In this document: positions 1 through 9,170 of the stretch, piece by piece | Layout: each line of letters starts with the position of its first letter | How positions within the stretch are numbered: the first letter of the stretch is position 1 | Sequence record: MZ417521 | Length of the DNA stretch: 64,000 bases | From: Escherichia phage 132 | Direction: 5' to 3' (one strand) | Notes under the pieces: generated by a model | What the model saw: the letters and a program-made list of their open reading frames with translations, nothing else | Told to the model about the DNA's origin: nothing | Database searches by the model: none | Program-made: the position numbers and the translations under genes

Positions 1-1
1 A

Positions 2-2179
2 TTAAGCCGCAAGGGCCTTCATAGTTTTAGCGATTTGGGAAACTTCATCATCACTTAAAGAGTTGCGATAACCGATGAAGTCGGAAACAATACGGAATTT
101 CTTGGTAAACTCAGCAACCATTTTATCACTATTTTTTGAAGCATTACGTGATAATTCATCAAAGAGATTAGTTACTGTCCAGATATCATGACCGATGGTA
201 TCTTTTCCACCATTGAAATATACACCGCGTAATGAACTAACCATATTACCAAGTCGTGTATATTCTTCAGAAACTTCATCTGTACTGAAGTACTTCATCA
301 TAAAATCTAGTTCAGGATACTTGATAATTTTATCAATATATCGTTGAGCTGAACTTGAATAACCTACATACTTATCATAATCTACATCATCAAAAGCATC
401 TACATATAAATCACGCAAAGCTTCAAAAATACATTGGCACTGACCAAGTTCTTTTACCTTTTTCTGTAAAAGCGGACGAATAACATAAAATTCATTAATG
501 CCAATAAGATTAGCCATACGAATCAAAATATTCATAGATGGATGACAAAGTGATGTAGTACCATCCATAGAGAAAATATCAGAACGATGCATATACGCTA
601 CATAACCAGTAATTTCATCTGCTTCTGACGTAAGTGTAAACAGTTCCTCTTTTTCCCAGCGCCCGTCTTTAATTTTAAACTTAAACGCAGTAGCAGCTTT
701 AGGACGAGGAGCTTTACTTTTAACTGCCTTCGGAATATAACTTTTAACTAAAGCTTCAATTTCTGACAAATAATGAATGTTAACTTCATCACTTTCAAAC
801 ATTGCCATAATATCAGGAAGTAAATCAATCTGCGATTCTACTTCCGGATTAATAAACAGAAGACGCTCATTATGATGAATATTCAAAGTGTTATTAAATT
901 CACTATCATCTAACGCATGCGCTAATCCACGGACAATATTAACACGATTTTTAATATTATCAATAACGATATTAATTTTTGTTGTATTAATACCAAACAG
1001 ACGATAACTTGATGCAACGGCTGAAGTTTCATGGCTTTGCTTAATGCGTTTCAGTCGAGGGTCAAGATTTACTTCATACACAACTCCTGCATTGCATAAC
1101 TTACTGTCAGGTTCAAACATGCTCTGCATTTTCTTATATGACAGATTTTTAGTCGTGAATTTGACTGAATTACTAATCATATAATCTCGAGCAGAATACC
1201 CCATCTTCATCAATTCACGGTATGTGTGACGAGGAGATGTAGATTCTTTAAATCGTTTTACATCTTCATTAAATGCTTTCTCACTAAGCTCTTTAACTCG
1301 TTCAATAATATTTTTACGAGTGCGATCATCCAATGAAAGAGCTTCACGTGATGGAGCAATATCAAGTGAACCCATTGGAAATTTAATGTAATTCACTTCA
1401 TTACGAATGCTTAACCAGTTACGGTCTCTAATAACACCATCGATAGGATAAACAATACCGCCATAGATAGCATATAATCCACCACGATCAGGCCAGTATC
1501 TTTCTGGATTTACACCGTAATAGTCATCAAAATCCGGAAAATAATCAATTTCACGGTCAAGACCATTAATAATAGCCAAATCTTTGAACGGTCGCATGAT
1601 ATAAGAAACTTCATAAGCAAAGTTTCTAAAGTCTTTTTCTTCAACTGGAACTACGATTTCAATACCAGTTTTATCATCTGGACCCATTTCTTTTACGAAT
1701 GTAGGTTTAATCTGTGGACCATCACCATCCATGTAAGCTACATAACCACGAATTTCGCCTTTATGATATGAAGTAATACTAAATGTATCAGTATAACTAA
1801 ACGGAGATTTAGAACCTAAACCAAATCCGCCAATGAAATCGTTAGATTCAGCCTTAGATGAACTAAAGTATGAATTATACAACCCGGGAGAATTATCATC
1901 ACCTTGAATATCAAAATCGCTCATACCCGGACCAAAATCTCGACAAACAAATCGCGGATCTAATCGTCCTGGAACTTGAATGATAAATTTTTCAGGATTT
2001 CCATTGAGAGCATGGGCATCAATCATATTGGTAATCAATTCACGGACTACTGCGCGAATCTTGTTTGTATACAAATCAGATGACAGAATTTTAAATACTT
2101 TAGGAGATGCTGTGATGCTAAATGCTTTTGATTTAGAACCATTACCAAGAATTGTTTCTTTTTCAGTGGTGATAATCAT
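2..2179 (-). CDS. rIIA: rIIA membrane-associated protein (complete, 725 aa)
   Basis: 725-aa ORF with ATG at 2177-2179 and TAA at 2-4; N-terminal GHKL/HATPase-like region; length equals T4 rIIA; first gene of T4 map order. Confidence 0.88.
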   Translation of the reverse strand: MIITTEKETILGNGSKSKAFSITASPKVFKILSSDLYTNKIRAVVRELITNMIDAHALNGNPEKFIIQVPGRLDPRFVCRDFGPGMSDFDIQGDDNSPGLYNSYFSSSKAESNDFIGGFGLGSKSPFSYTDTFSITSYHKGEIRGYVAYMDGDGPQIKPTFVKEMGPDDKTGIEIVVPVEEKDFRNFAYEVSYIMRPFKDLAIINGLDREIDYFPDFDDYYGVNPERYWPDRGGLYAIYGGIVYPIDGVIRDRNWLSIRNEVNYIKFPMGSLDIAPSREALSLDDRTRKNIIERVKELSEKAFNEDVKRFKESTSPRHTYRELMKMGYSARDYMISNSVKFTTKNLSYKKMQSMFEPDSKLCNAGVVYEVNLDPRLKRIKQSHETSAVASSYRLFGINTTKINIVIDNIKNRVNIVRGLAHALDDSEFNNTLNIHHNERLLFINPEVESQIDLLPDIMAMFESDEVNIHYLSEIEALVKSYIPKAVKSKAPRPKAATAFKFKIKDGRWEKEELFTLTSEADEITGYVAYMHRSDIFSMDGTTSLCHPSMNILIRMANLIGINEFYVIRPLLQKKVKELGQCQCIFEALRDLYVDAFDDVDYDKYVGYSSSAQRYIDKIIKYPELDFMMKYFSTDEVSEEYTRLGNMVSSLRGVYFNGGKDTIGHDIWTVTNLFDELSRNASKNSDKMVAEFTKKFRIVSDFIGYRNSLSDDEVSQIAKTMKALAA

Positions 2180-2189
2180 AATTTCCTCA

Positions 2190-2393
2190 TTAATTCATAT
2201 TGCGTTTAATAACTTCAGCAACTTCTAGTAGTTCATCTTTAGTTGCAGTGTCGGATTGAATTTTATCTCTAATATCCTTAAAGCGGTTTTTAAACTCTTC
2301 GGCTTCTCCCATATCGAAAAAGCGTTGAATGATTCTATATTCTCGATGAATTGCTTTATCAAAAAGTTCTAAATTTACTTTATATGATTTCAT
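2190..2393 (-). CDS. small hypothetical protein (rIIA.1 position), 67 aa
   Basis: ATG-initiated ORF directly upstream of rIIA on the same strand; position matches T4 rIIA.1. Confidence 0.5.
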   Translation of the reverse strand: MKSYKVNLELFDKAIHREYRIIQRFFDMGEAEEFKNRFKDIRDKIQSDTATKDELLEVAEVIKRNMN

Positions 2394-2418
2394 TTCAATA
2401 TCCTCATTTGCCCAATTA

Positions 2419-2448
2419 ATTATACCACATCCTTGTGGTAAAGTAAAC
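2419..2448 (-). promoter_or_regulatory. T4-type early promoter (-35 GTTTAC, 18-nt spacer, -10 TATAAT) reading toward rIIA.1/rIIA
   Basis: plus-strand gtaaac at 2443-2448 and attata at 2419-2424, i.e. GTTTAC-N18-TATAAT on minus strand. Confidence 0.6.
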
Positions 2449-4265
2449 TACTGGCTCATCCATTCTTTACGAAGGTCAGCATTATCCCCCATGAGCATTT
2501 CAAAAAGCTCTTTCCAGTTCTCAGGAAGTTTAACAACATCGTATACCGGATTTTGAATCATCTCACGATATTCAGATTTTTCCAAAGAGCCAAGTCCCTT
2601 AATATAACGGATGCTATGTTTAGGTAGAGCATCTTTGGCACTCTCATATTCAGCGACTGTATAAAACCATTCTTGTTTTTTACCGACCTGAGCGATGATT
2701 ACGGGAGTTTTGACGAAGCGAATTCTTCCTTGTTCAAACAGTTCTGGCCAATTACTAAAAAATCCGAGCAGAGAAGGATAAATGCTTCCTAGACCATCAT
2801 GGTCAGCATCGGTCATAATTGCAATATTGTGATAATTCAAGTTTTCAGCCTTTTCACCAAGAACTAATCCGGTGATTGCGCAAATATCAAACAGTTCTTT
2901 ATTTTTAAGCATATCAGCATATGACATACCCCAACTGTTGAGAACTTTACCACGCAATGGATAACCACCATGAAGTTCTTTATCACGAACATCAATAAGA
3001 TATCCGATAGCAGAATCACCCTCAGTCAAGAAAAGAGTAGTGTCAGCATCTTTACCACAAAGATTCGCTTTGATATGTTTATGAACCTTAGCTTTAGATG
3101 CCTTTTTAGCTGCTTTAGTTTCTGCTGCTTTTTCTGCCGCCAATTTACGAGCTAGTGCAGCTTCAATAATTGGCATCAAAATCGCTTCATTATTCAAAAT
3201 AGCACGTGAAATCTTTTTAGCATCAAGTTGAATATGACTACGGATTTCACCAAATGGAGAAGTCAAACGCTCTTTAGTTTGAGAATCAAATCGCATGTTT
3301 TTCATATCACGAACAAACATAACGATAGTCAAACATTCTTTAACACGCGCTTTAGTTACATCAATTTTGAACTTACGTTTGATTTGTGGAATAAGGTCTT
3401 CACAAATATCATCCATAACACAGTCAATGTGATGGCCACCATTCTTAGTGTGAATGTTATTCACGTAAGTTAATTGACGAAATCCATCCGGTGAACGACC
3501 AACCGCAATAGAACAATTTTCTTGTTCTTGAACGATAGCATGTTCATCATACTGTCGTGCATATTTCTTAAAATTGCCCTGAACCTTTTTACCATTAAAG
3601 GTAAATTGAATATCAGGATAAACAACAGCAAGTGTCTGGAGACGATCTAGCGTAATATCAAGATAAACTTGGGACAGCTCATTAGTTTCAAATGACATAA
3701 AATCAGGAATGAAAGTAACACGAGTTCCTTTCCATTTTCCAGGAATAGTTTCCCAGGATTTATTTTCCATGCCGTTTGAACAACGAACTACAATATTATT
3801 TTGACCATCGCCAGTTTCACCAACAAACATCACAGAAAAAATGTTTGTCAAACTAGAACCAACACCATTCATACCACCGGTGACGCGTTCTTTATCATCA
3901 CCGAAGTTACCACCTGCTTTTGGAATAGTCCACGCAGCAACAGGACCAGGAATTTCTTCACCGGTAGGTGTTTTAACCATCGCTTGTGGAATACCGCGAC
4001 CATTATCTTCAACTGTTACTTGATTGTTTTTAATAGTAACATTAATTTTATTTGCGAATTTAAACTTAGTACGAATACCTTCATCTACTGAGTTATCGAT
4101 AATTTCATCAATAAGCTTAACAAGACCAGGTACATACTGAACACTTTCCCATTTACCAAACAGAAAGCGCTCATGCATTTCATTAGCAGAAGAGCCAATA
4201 TACATGCCGCTACGCTTTTTGATATGTTCAATATCGCTCAGAATTTTAATTTCATTCTTAATCAT
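2448..4265 (-). CDS. 39: DNA topoisomerase II large (ATPase, GyrB-like) subunit, uninterrupted gp39 form (605 aa)
   Basis: GyrB-type ATPase motifs (EIIDNSVDE, NGRGIP); track start is GTG, ATG one codon in at 4263-4265 preceded by GAGGA; 605 aa as in phages where gene 39 is not split by gene 60. Confidence 0.88.
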   Translation of the reverse strand: MIKNEIKILSDIEHIKKRSGMYIGSSANEMHERFLFGKWESVQYVPGLVKLIDEIIDNSVDEGIRTKFKFANKINVTIKNNQVTVEDNGRGIPQAMVKTPTGEEIPGPVAAWTIPKAGGNFGDDKERVTGGMNGVGSSLTNIFSVMFVGETGDGQNNIVVRCSNGMENKSWETIPGKWKGTRVTFIPDFMSFETNELSQVYLDITLDRLQTLAVVYPDIQFTFNGKKVQGNFKKYARQYDEHAIVQEQENCSIAVGRSPDGFRQLTYVNNIHTKNGGHHIDCVMDDICEDLIPQIKRKFKIDVTKARVKECLTIVMFVRDMKNMRFDSQTKERLTSPFGEIRSHIQLDAKKISRAILNNEAILMPIIEAALARKLAAEKAAETKAAKKASKAKVHKHIKANLCGKDADTTLFLTEGDSAIGYLIDVRDKELHGGYPLRGKVLNSWGMSYADMLKNKELFDICAITGLVLGEKAENLNYHNIAIMTDADHDGLGSIYPSLLGFFSNWPELFEQGRIRFVKTPVIIAQVGKKQEWFYTVAEYESAKDALPKHSIRYIKGLGSLEKSEYREMIQNPVYDVVKLPENWKELFEMLMGDNADLRKEWMSQ

Positions 4266-4292
4266 CACTTATCCTCGTTTGGTTTCGGGAAT

Positions 4293-4317
4293 ATTATACT
4301 CCGGTAATCATAAAGCT
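4293..4317 (-). promoter_or_regulatory. possible middle-mode promoter (MotA-box-like AGCTTTA plus TATAAT) upstream of gene 39
   Basis: minus-strand TATAAT (plus 4293-4298) with AGCTTTA about 13 nt upstream, near the expected -30 MotA-box position. Confidence 0.3.
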
Positions 4318-4335
4318 AAAGGCCCGAAGGCCTTT
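4318..4335 (-). terminator. GC-rich tetraloop hairpin (ggcc-UUCG-ggcc on the transcript), terminator-like
   Basis: ggcccgaaggcc at 4321-4332 flanked by A/T runs, just 3' of the lipoprotein gene. Confidence 0.4.
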
Positions 4336-4595
4336 TATTTAAAACGGATAGTCGAATCTTTGAAGAATAGACCAGAACATACTGTTCCTTCTACTTTCTG
4401 CCCGGTAGGTCCAACAGCACGAAATCCAGTATGTTGGAAATCATTTTCAGAACAACCGAACCAATTATATCCAGTGATTTCAATATTAGTAAAACCACTT
4501 GAAGACAAAACTTTGGTTGCATTATCAGCATCAGTACATCCTACTAAAGACACTGTTAATACTAATGCTGCAATAGAACGATTAATATATTTCAT
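4335..4595 (-). CDS. putative lipoprotein, 86 aa
   Basis: N-terminal signal peptide with lipobox LVGC (MKYINRSIAALVLTVSLVGC); track start is GTG, first ATG at 4593-4595. Confidence 0.5.
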   Translation of the reverse strand: MKYINRSIAALVLTVSLVGCTDADNATKVLSSSGFTNIEITGYNWFGCSENDFQHTGFRAVGPTGQKVEGTVCSGLFFKDSTIRFK

Positions 4596-4600
4596 AATTT

Positions 4601-4972
4601 TCACTTAAATTTAATGGCTTGAAGAAGACTAATAATTCTCAAGCGACTTCTTTCATCTTTAACTGTAAAAGAAAGAGGGTCACCAGATTTCATAGTAATA
4701 GTACATTCAAAATCAAAATCTTCGGAAACTTCTTTGAAGAAGTCAAATTCTTCATCATAAATTAGAACATTACTCTGACAACTATGAAGAATTTTTCCAT
4801 CATTTCCAGATGCTGTACTAATCATTGTAACATTATGACCTTTCATATCTTCAATGATAAATTCACTAGTCAATATTACAGCATTAATAGAACTATTCCT
4901 ATTACTAGCAGAAAGTAGATATTTCTGTTCTTCACCTTCACGAATGCAATATTTCTTACCGATTTTAAACAT
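4601..4972 (-). CDS. hypothetical protein, 123 aa
   Basis: ATG-initiated ORF in operon context. Confidence 0.5.
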   Translation of the reverse strand: MFKIGKKYCIREGEEQKYLLSASNRNSSINAVILTSEFIIEDMKGHNVTMISTASGNDGKILHSCQSNVLIYDEEFDFFKEVSEDFDFECTITMKSGDPLSFTVKDERSRLRIISLLQAIKFK

Positions 4973-4974
4973 AA

Positions 4975-5151
4975 TTACCCTTTAAGTAAGTCGTAAAAAC
5001 CACCATTCACATGCTTAGGAGCAGAAGGCCGACGAGTAGACAAACGATGACATTTAGGGCAAACATCATTTTCTCGTTCAGAAATCTTTTTAATTTTTTC
5101 ATATTCATGCCCGCAATCTTCGGATTGGCATTTATAATCATACATTGGCAT
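4975..5151 (-). CDS. small zinc-ribbon protein (FmdB-like CxxC...CxxC), 58 aa; below the 60-aa cutoff of the ORF track
   Basis: ATG at 5149-5151 preceded by AAGGA; product MPMYDYKCQSEDCGHEYEKI...CPKCH; stop sits 2 nt before the next start. Confidence 0.45.
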   Translation of the reverse strand: MPMYDYKCQSEDCGHEYEKIKKISERENDVCPKCHRLSTRRPSAPKHVNGGFYDLLKG

Positions 5152-5153
5152 AA

Positions 5154-5579
5154 TTATTCCTTAAAGTGTGCTTTCAGCATTTGATACAAGGACCATGCCT
5201 GTTCATTATTTTCAATAGTAACTTTCATGACAGGAAATTCTGTGAAATCTTCTATTTGTTCTTGCTCTTTCTCTTCCTGCTCTTGCTCTTCAGCTGCCTG
5301 ATATGGATTTTCCACTTCATCAAAGAACTCGGCTTCGTTAGTAGAGAGCCAGATAAAGTTTTCGTCAAGGATATCACCATGTGTTGCATATCCAATTGTG
5401 CCAGTAAATGACATAATTTTAGTAGGACGACCAAGATGGTCAACATCTAAAATTTTAAAAGGATGCATACCTAAACGTCGTGCATAAATTCCGTTATCAG
5501 TATGGTCTTTAATAAAAGCTTCTTGAGCTTGTTTATTTTTAAATTGATACCATTTATTAACTTCAAATTTAATAGCCAT
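5154..5579 (-). CDS. hypothetical acidic protein, 141 aa (size and position of T4 goF)
   Basis: ATG ORF; glutamate-rich internal stretch; assignment by position and length only. Confidence 0.5.
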   Translation of the reverse strand: MAIKFEVNKWYQFKNKQAQEAFIKDHTDNGIYARRLGMHPFKILDVDHLGRPTKIMSFTGTIGYATHGDILDENFIWLSTNEAEFFDEVENPYQAAEEQEQEEKEQEQIEDFTEFPVMKVTIENNEQAWSLYQMLKAHFKE

Positions 5580-5794
5580 TAATAAATTTCCTTCCAGTAA
5601 GTTGTGCCATCTTCAGTAATTTCACGAAATACACCGTAAATTGGTTGTTTATCACCAACCTTTTCATACACATAAACCGAAGTCAAGTGAGTAAACTTAA
5701 CGGTATGTTCCTTTTGAACCACTACCAAATCTGGATCAAATAATACATCTTCAAATTCGTCATTAGTGCAATTCTGAACAATTTTACGTTTCAT
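5579..5794 (-). CDS. hypothetical protein, 71 aa (size and position of T4 cef)
   Basis: ATG ORF, 1-nt overlap with the downstream gene. Confidence 0.45.
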   Translation of the reverse strand: MKRKIVQNCTNDEFEDVLFDPDLVVVQKEHTVKFTHLTSVYVYEKVGDKQPIYGVFREITEDGTTYWKEIY

Positions 5795-5807
5795 TACAAT
5801 TTCCTCA

Positions 5808-6077
5808 TTAATTAAACATTGGAGCGATACGTTTCAGAAGAGTAGCAGCACCTTTAGCGAATTTTACATCATGAAAAACAGTTTCTTCTTCTGTAACAAC
5901 TCGAACTTTAATATTTTCACAATCCCAATTTTTACGAACAATCTTCAAAAGCTGCAGTAAATCTTTACATTCAGCAATATCGATAACACATCCACGAGAA
6001 TCTTCCATTATCGCACGATAACCGTAAGCCATACCATAATCGTTAAAAGATTGCTCGATGATAATTAAGTTTTCCAT
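5808..6077 (-). CDS. hypothetical protein, 89 aa
   Basis: track start is TTG; ATG at 6075-6077 preceded by GGAGA. Confidence 0.45.
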   Translation of the reverse strand: MENLIIIEQSFNDYGMAYGYRAIMEDSRGCVIDIAECKDLLQLLKIVRKNWDCENIKVRVVTEEETVFHDVKFAKGAATLLKRIAPMFN

Positions 6078-6101
6078 TTTATTCTCCAAGTTATTTTCTG
6101 T

Positions 6102-6144
6102 ATCAGTAGTTGATATTGATATAGTACCATAATCAACTACTGAT
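6102..6144. repeat. perfect 13-bp inverted repeat (atcagtagttgat / atcaactactgat) with a 17-nt spacer containing a PeS-like promoter core
   Basis: left arm 6102-6114, right arm 6132-6144; spacer carries tatagtacc, matching the GGTACTATA core of the repeated promoter cassettes. Confidence 0.6.
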
Positions 6145-6173
6145 GTATATAGTTTTATGAAAAAATTTAAACT

Positions 6174-6665
6174 TTATGCATAGCGAGCTTTGCTGTAGTG
6201 TTTAATCCAACTTTCAGGAATGACTTTGTATGTTCCTAAAAATACCGTGTTGTACAGCTTAACACCGTCTTCTACCCACTGATCGGTAATGTATGCGCAC
6301 ATAGCACGAGTACGGTTAACAACCCCTTCCTCACCTTCAGTAAATTCAAACTCATAAGGAGCAACGAACTTAATAGCTTGACCGAGTTTCCACTTAAAGT
6401 CTACGCCTACATGCGAAGTATCAATCGTTTCAATTCCTTTAGCAGGAACAGCTTTTAAAAACGCAGACTCAAGAAATTTCGCACGAACATAGCCAAACTG
6501 GGGTTTAGACTTTCCATCTTTAGGAATGATACGCACTTTTACTTCAGAATCTTCATCTTTAACACCGTGTTTAAGCTGAATGCTTACAACTTCAACCAAT
6601 TTTCCTGCTGCTTTAGAACGGGATTTATCAGATACACGAGCAATTTCACCGATATTAATAATCAT
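6174..6665 (-). CDS. hypothetical protein, 163 aa (motB-region; paralog of 6739-7176)
   Basis: ATG ORF; C-terminal block ITDQWVEDGVKLYNTVFLGTYKVIPESW shared with the neighbouring ORF. Confidence 0.55.
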   Translation of the reverse strand: MIINIGEIARVSDKSRSKAAGKLVEVVSIQLKHGVKDEDSEVKVRIIPKDGKSKPQFGYVRAKFLESAFLKAVPAKGIETIDTSHVGVDFKWKLGQAIKFVAPYEFEFTEGEEGVVNRTRAMCAYITDQWVEDGVKLYNTVFLGTYKVIPESWIKHYSKARYA

Positions 6666-6709
6666 AGTTATCTCTCACTTGTTAAAAAGATTTTATACTC
6701 CACAGGACC

Positions 6710-6739
6710 ATTATACTCTGGTCCCAAGAGTTTGTAAAC
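6710..6739 (-). promoter_or_regulatory. T4-type early promoter
   Basis: gtaaac 6734-6739 and attata 6710-6715 on plus strand (GTTTAC-N18-TATAAT on minus). Confidence 0.55.
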
Positions 6740-7176
6740 TAGCTTACACGAACATTAATCACTGCGCTACGAGGAACTACAGAGTATTCTCCAGCATGAA
6801 CTACGTTCAGAAGTTCAACACCATCTTCAATCCACTGATCAGTCACCCATCCACCCACAGGATTCGCGAATGGACGACGAATATAAACTGCCTTACACAG
6901 CAGATCAGTTGGATCTTCAGGTTTTTCAATTTCTGTCAATAGACTAAAATCTTTTTCATAAATAATAAGCGGTGATACCATTCCATAATAGTTTCTAATT
7001 TCAATATACATCATACCGATAAGAATTCCGCTATTAACACTAATAACAGTAAAAGGATATCCGCCAGTTAAACCAAGAAGTTCACAAAACTTATTATGAG
7101 CTGTATTAGACAGTACCGAAAAATTCTTAATTTCATCAAATTTTTTCAATTGATAAACAGCATTATTTTTAATCAT
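6739..7176 (-). CDS. hypothetical protein, 145 aa (paralog of 6174-6665)
   Basis: ATG ORF; shares VTDQWIEDGVELLNVVHAGEYSVVPRS block with the adjacent gene. Confidence 0.55.
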   Translation of the reverse strand: MIKNNAVYQLKKFDEIKNFSVLSNTAHNKFCELLGLTGGYPFTVISVNSGILIGMMYIEIRNYYGMVSPLIIYEKDFSLLTEIEKPEDPTDLLCKAVYIRRPFANPVGGWVTDQWIEDGVELLNVVHAGEYSVVPRSAVINVRVS

Positions 7177-7186
7177 GATTTTCTCT

Positions 7187-7690
7187 TTAATTTAAAGTAA
7201 TAAAGCCTTTTAATTCGGCATGTGATTTGCGGAACATTACTTGGTGCCCGCCAATGATAACTTGATCATCTGGAACTTCGTATACAGCGAGATAAAATCC
7301 TTTAGAAGATAATTCTTCACGCTCTTCTCGTGTGAACCATCTCATCATATCATATTCGCTAGCGAAAGCAAAATGATAAAGAGCTATAAACCATCCTGGA
7401 ATATAGTGATCTACGCCTACATATTCTTCTTTCTCAAAATTAGTATTAATTGCTATATTAGCATTTTTAACTAATAATTTGTCTTCGTGTGGAAGAGGAA
7501 TTCTTTTATTATCATTACTATGATGCATAAAATTAGGTCTGTCATAACCTACGTGTAATAACCACTCTTCGCTCCATGAATCTATTATACTCCTGTATGG
7601 CGTTATTTGAACACAAAGATCTCGACGTATTGTTATAGCATCTTCATAATTAAGAATACTAAACGATGATTCAACACGATAAATTTTCAT
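7187..7690 (-). CDS. hypothetical protein, 167 aa
   Basis: track ORF extends into the promoter; ATG at 7688-7690 preceded by GAGGA chosen. Confidence 0.45.
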   Translation of the reverse strand: MKIYRVESSFSILNYEDAITIRRDLCVQITPYRSIIDSWSEEWLLHVGYDRPNFMHHSNDNKRIPLPHEDKLLVKNANIAINTNFEKEEYVGVDHYIPGWFIALYHFAFASEYDMMRWFTREEREELSSKGFYLAVYEVPDDQVIIGGHQVMFRKSHAELKGFITLN

Positions 7691-7717
7691 TTTATTATCC
7701 TCAGTAGCTATGGTGTT

Positions 7718-7747
7718 ATAGTACCACAACTAACCGAGGAAGTAAAC
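7718..7747 (-). promoter_or_regulatory. T4-type early promoter (-10 TACTAT variant)
   Basis: gtaaac 7742-7747, atagta 7718-7723 on plus strand; 18-nt spacer. Confidence 0.5.
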
Positions 7748-7753
7748 AACTTT

Positions 7754-8437
7754 TTATCGTTTTGTTGGAAGAGATAGAGGATCGCAATCTTCCTCTGATG
7801 GAGCATCTTCAAGACCCATAGCATATCGCAAAGCGTACTTCATCATCAGGATGTCTTTCGCACAGTCATGAATAGAATCATGTACAACGAATCCATCTAA
7901 AGTTCCCTTTGGAAGAGGACATGTGGTCATATCACGAACAAGCAGAAGTGCTTCAATTCTGGTACGAATATCACGCTGATTCCAGAATTTACATGGTTCT
8001 AACTTAAATGTGTCAAGCTCATTCTCAGATACACCATTAAGGCGTTGAATATCACGAATGAGATCGACTAAAATTGGAAAATCAAACGACATTCCACGGC
8101 ACCAGCCTTGAGATTTCCAAGGATCGATATTATGTGCATTGATGTAATCATTAAATTTCGCAATACCGTCGATAGTGCTTACATCTTCATCGGACGGTGC
8201 AATATTTTTTCGAGCTTCAGGAGATTGATTCTTCCACCATTCGATAGTACTTTTAGTAAAAAGACGATGTCCTTTTTGGCTTTTTAAATCAAATTTGATT
8301 TTAATGCCACGTGAAACTAATTCATCGAATGTTTCAACCACTTCTGGATTAGGGTCAAAAGCAATTACAGCTAAATCAATAACCGCTGCTTTTTCACCAC
8401 TTCCCATTGTTTCAAAATCTATAATAAAATCAAACAT
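7754..8437 (-). CDS. dexA: exonuclease A (DEDD-type 3'-5' exonuclease), 227 aa
   Basis: N-terminal DxE motif (FIIDFETMG); same length as T4 DexA; lies next to dda. Confidence 0.8.
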   Translation of the reverse strand: MFDFIIDFETMGSGEKAAVIDLAVIAFDPNPEVVETFDELVSRGIKIKFDLKSQKGHRLFTKSTIEWWKNQSPEARKNIAPSDEDVSTIDGIAKFNDYINAHNIDPWKSQGWCRGMSFDFPILVDLIRDIQRLNGVSENELDTFKLEPCKFWNQRDIRTRIEALLLVRDMTTCPLPKGTLDGFVVHDSIHDCAKDILMMKYALRYAMGLEDAPSEEDCDPLSLPTKR

Positions 8438-8694
8438 TAAATTTTCCTTGCTAAATCGCGAATTTGACCTACAGTATAGTCTTGAATATAAACTTTATTA
8501 ATAGGCTCATCAATAAATTTTGCCATAGATTCAATATCTTTTTGTATCTCTTTAAGACTGTATACTATCTTTGAAGCTTTTTCGCGAATAGTAATATTTT
8601 CAGGACCTGGATTTTCTTCAATGACAGCTTTAACATTTGTCATAAGAGATTTAAACTGGTACCAACTCAACTCAATCATTAATAATCGCCTCAT
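8437..8694 (-). CDS. small hypothetical protein, 85 aa (dexA.1/dexA.2 family)
   Basis: ATG ORF; resembles the next small ORF (...I-Q/N-DY-T/V-x-G-Q/E-I...). Confidence 0.45.
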   Translation of the reverse strand: MRRLLMIELSWYQFKSLMTNVKAVIEENPGPENITIREKASKIVYSLKEIQKDIESMAKFIDEPINKVYIQDYTVGQIRDLARKI

Positions 8695-8917
8695 AAAGAT
8701 AGCTAATTTCGCCTAAAACGTAATCATTGATTGTAACAGTTTTCACTTCACCACAAAAGAATTCTAACGCAATTAAATCTCGTTCAATTTCTTCTAATTG
8801 AAGCATCAACTTACTAGATTCAATTTTTACAGTTTCACGATTTTTACCATGAGCAATTTCATAAATTTCGCTAACTTTATCCTGAAGAAGATAAAACTGA
8901 TCTTTAGTTATTTCCAC
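8672..8917 (-). CDS. small hypothetical protein, about 81 aa
   Basis: track start is TTG; GTG at 8915-8917 with GAGGAAG 6 nt upstream proposed. Confidence 0.4.
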   Translation of the reverse strand: MEITKDQFYLLQDKVSEIYEIAHGKNRETVKIESSKLMLQLEEIERDLIALEFFCGEVKTVTINDYVLGEISYLYEAIIND

Positions 8918-9164
8918 GAATAGCTTCCTCAAATTTAATTAGTAATTTACAGACACTTTCATCTAGTGTAATTACCGTATCTGTATTACTGTGATATGAT
9001 TGTTTTTCAATTCGTTTAATTGCTAATATAGTATCACTTATAAGATAAAGCTTATGAAGGAGCTCAGCTCCTGTTACCATAACATCGAGATTATCTTGCT
9101 TATTAGTATGCTTCCTTATACCATCTATTAGACGATTTAAATATTTTGAATTGATGTTAATCAT
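8904..9164 (-). CDS. small hypothetical protein, 86 aa
   Basis: ATG ORF between dda and the dexA cluster. Confidence 0.45.
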   Translation of the reverse strand: MININSKYLNRLIDGIRKHTNKQDNLDVMVTGAELLHKLYLISDTILAIKRIEKQSYHSNTDTVITLDESVCKLLIKFEEAIRGNN

Positions 9165-9170
9165 ATAGCC

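Noticed and set aside
1980-2228. Plus-strand ORFs in the track (1980-2228, 2970-3155, 3228-3473, 3801-4091, 9879-10103, 21911-22198, 25564-25908, 31932-32315, 52444-52785, 60685-61068 and others)
   Set aside because: All lie inside well-supported minus-strand genes (rIIA, gene 39, dda, uvsX, gene 43, gene 46 and so on), lack RBS signals and have low-complexity products; treated as shadow ORFs. Only 16016-16216 is in a gap with a strong RBS.
4318-4335. Reading the GC hairpins as plus-strand terminators
   Set aside because: Most hairpins are palindromic so could fold on either strand, but there are no plus-strand transcription units for them to end; I assigned them to the minus strand where a U-run or gene end supports it.
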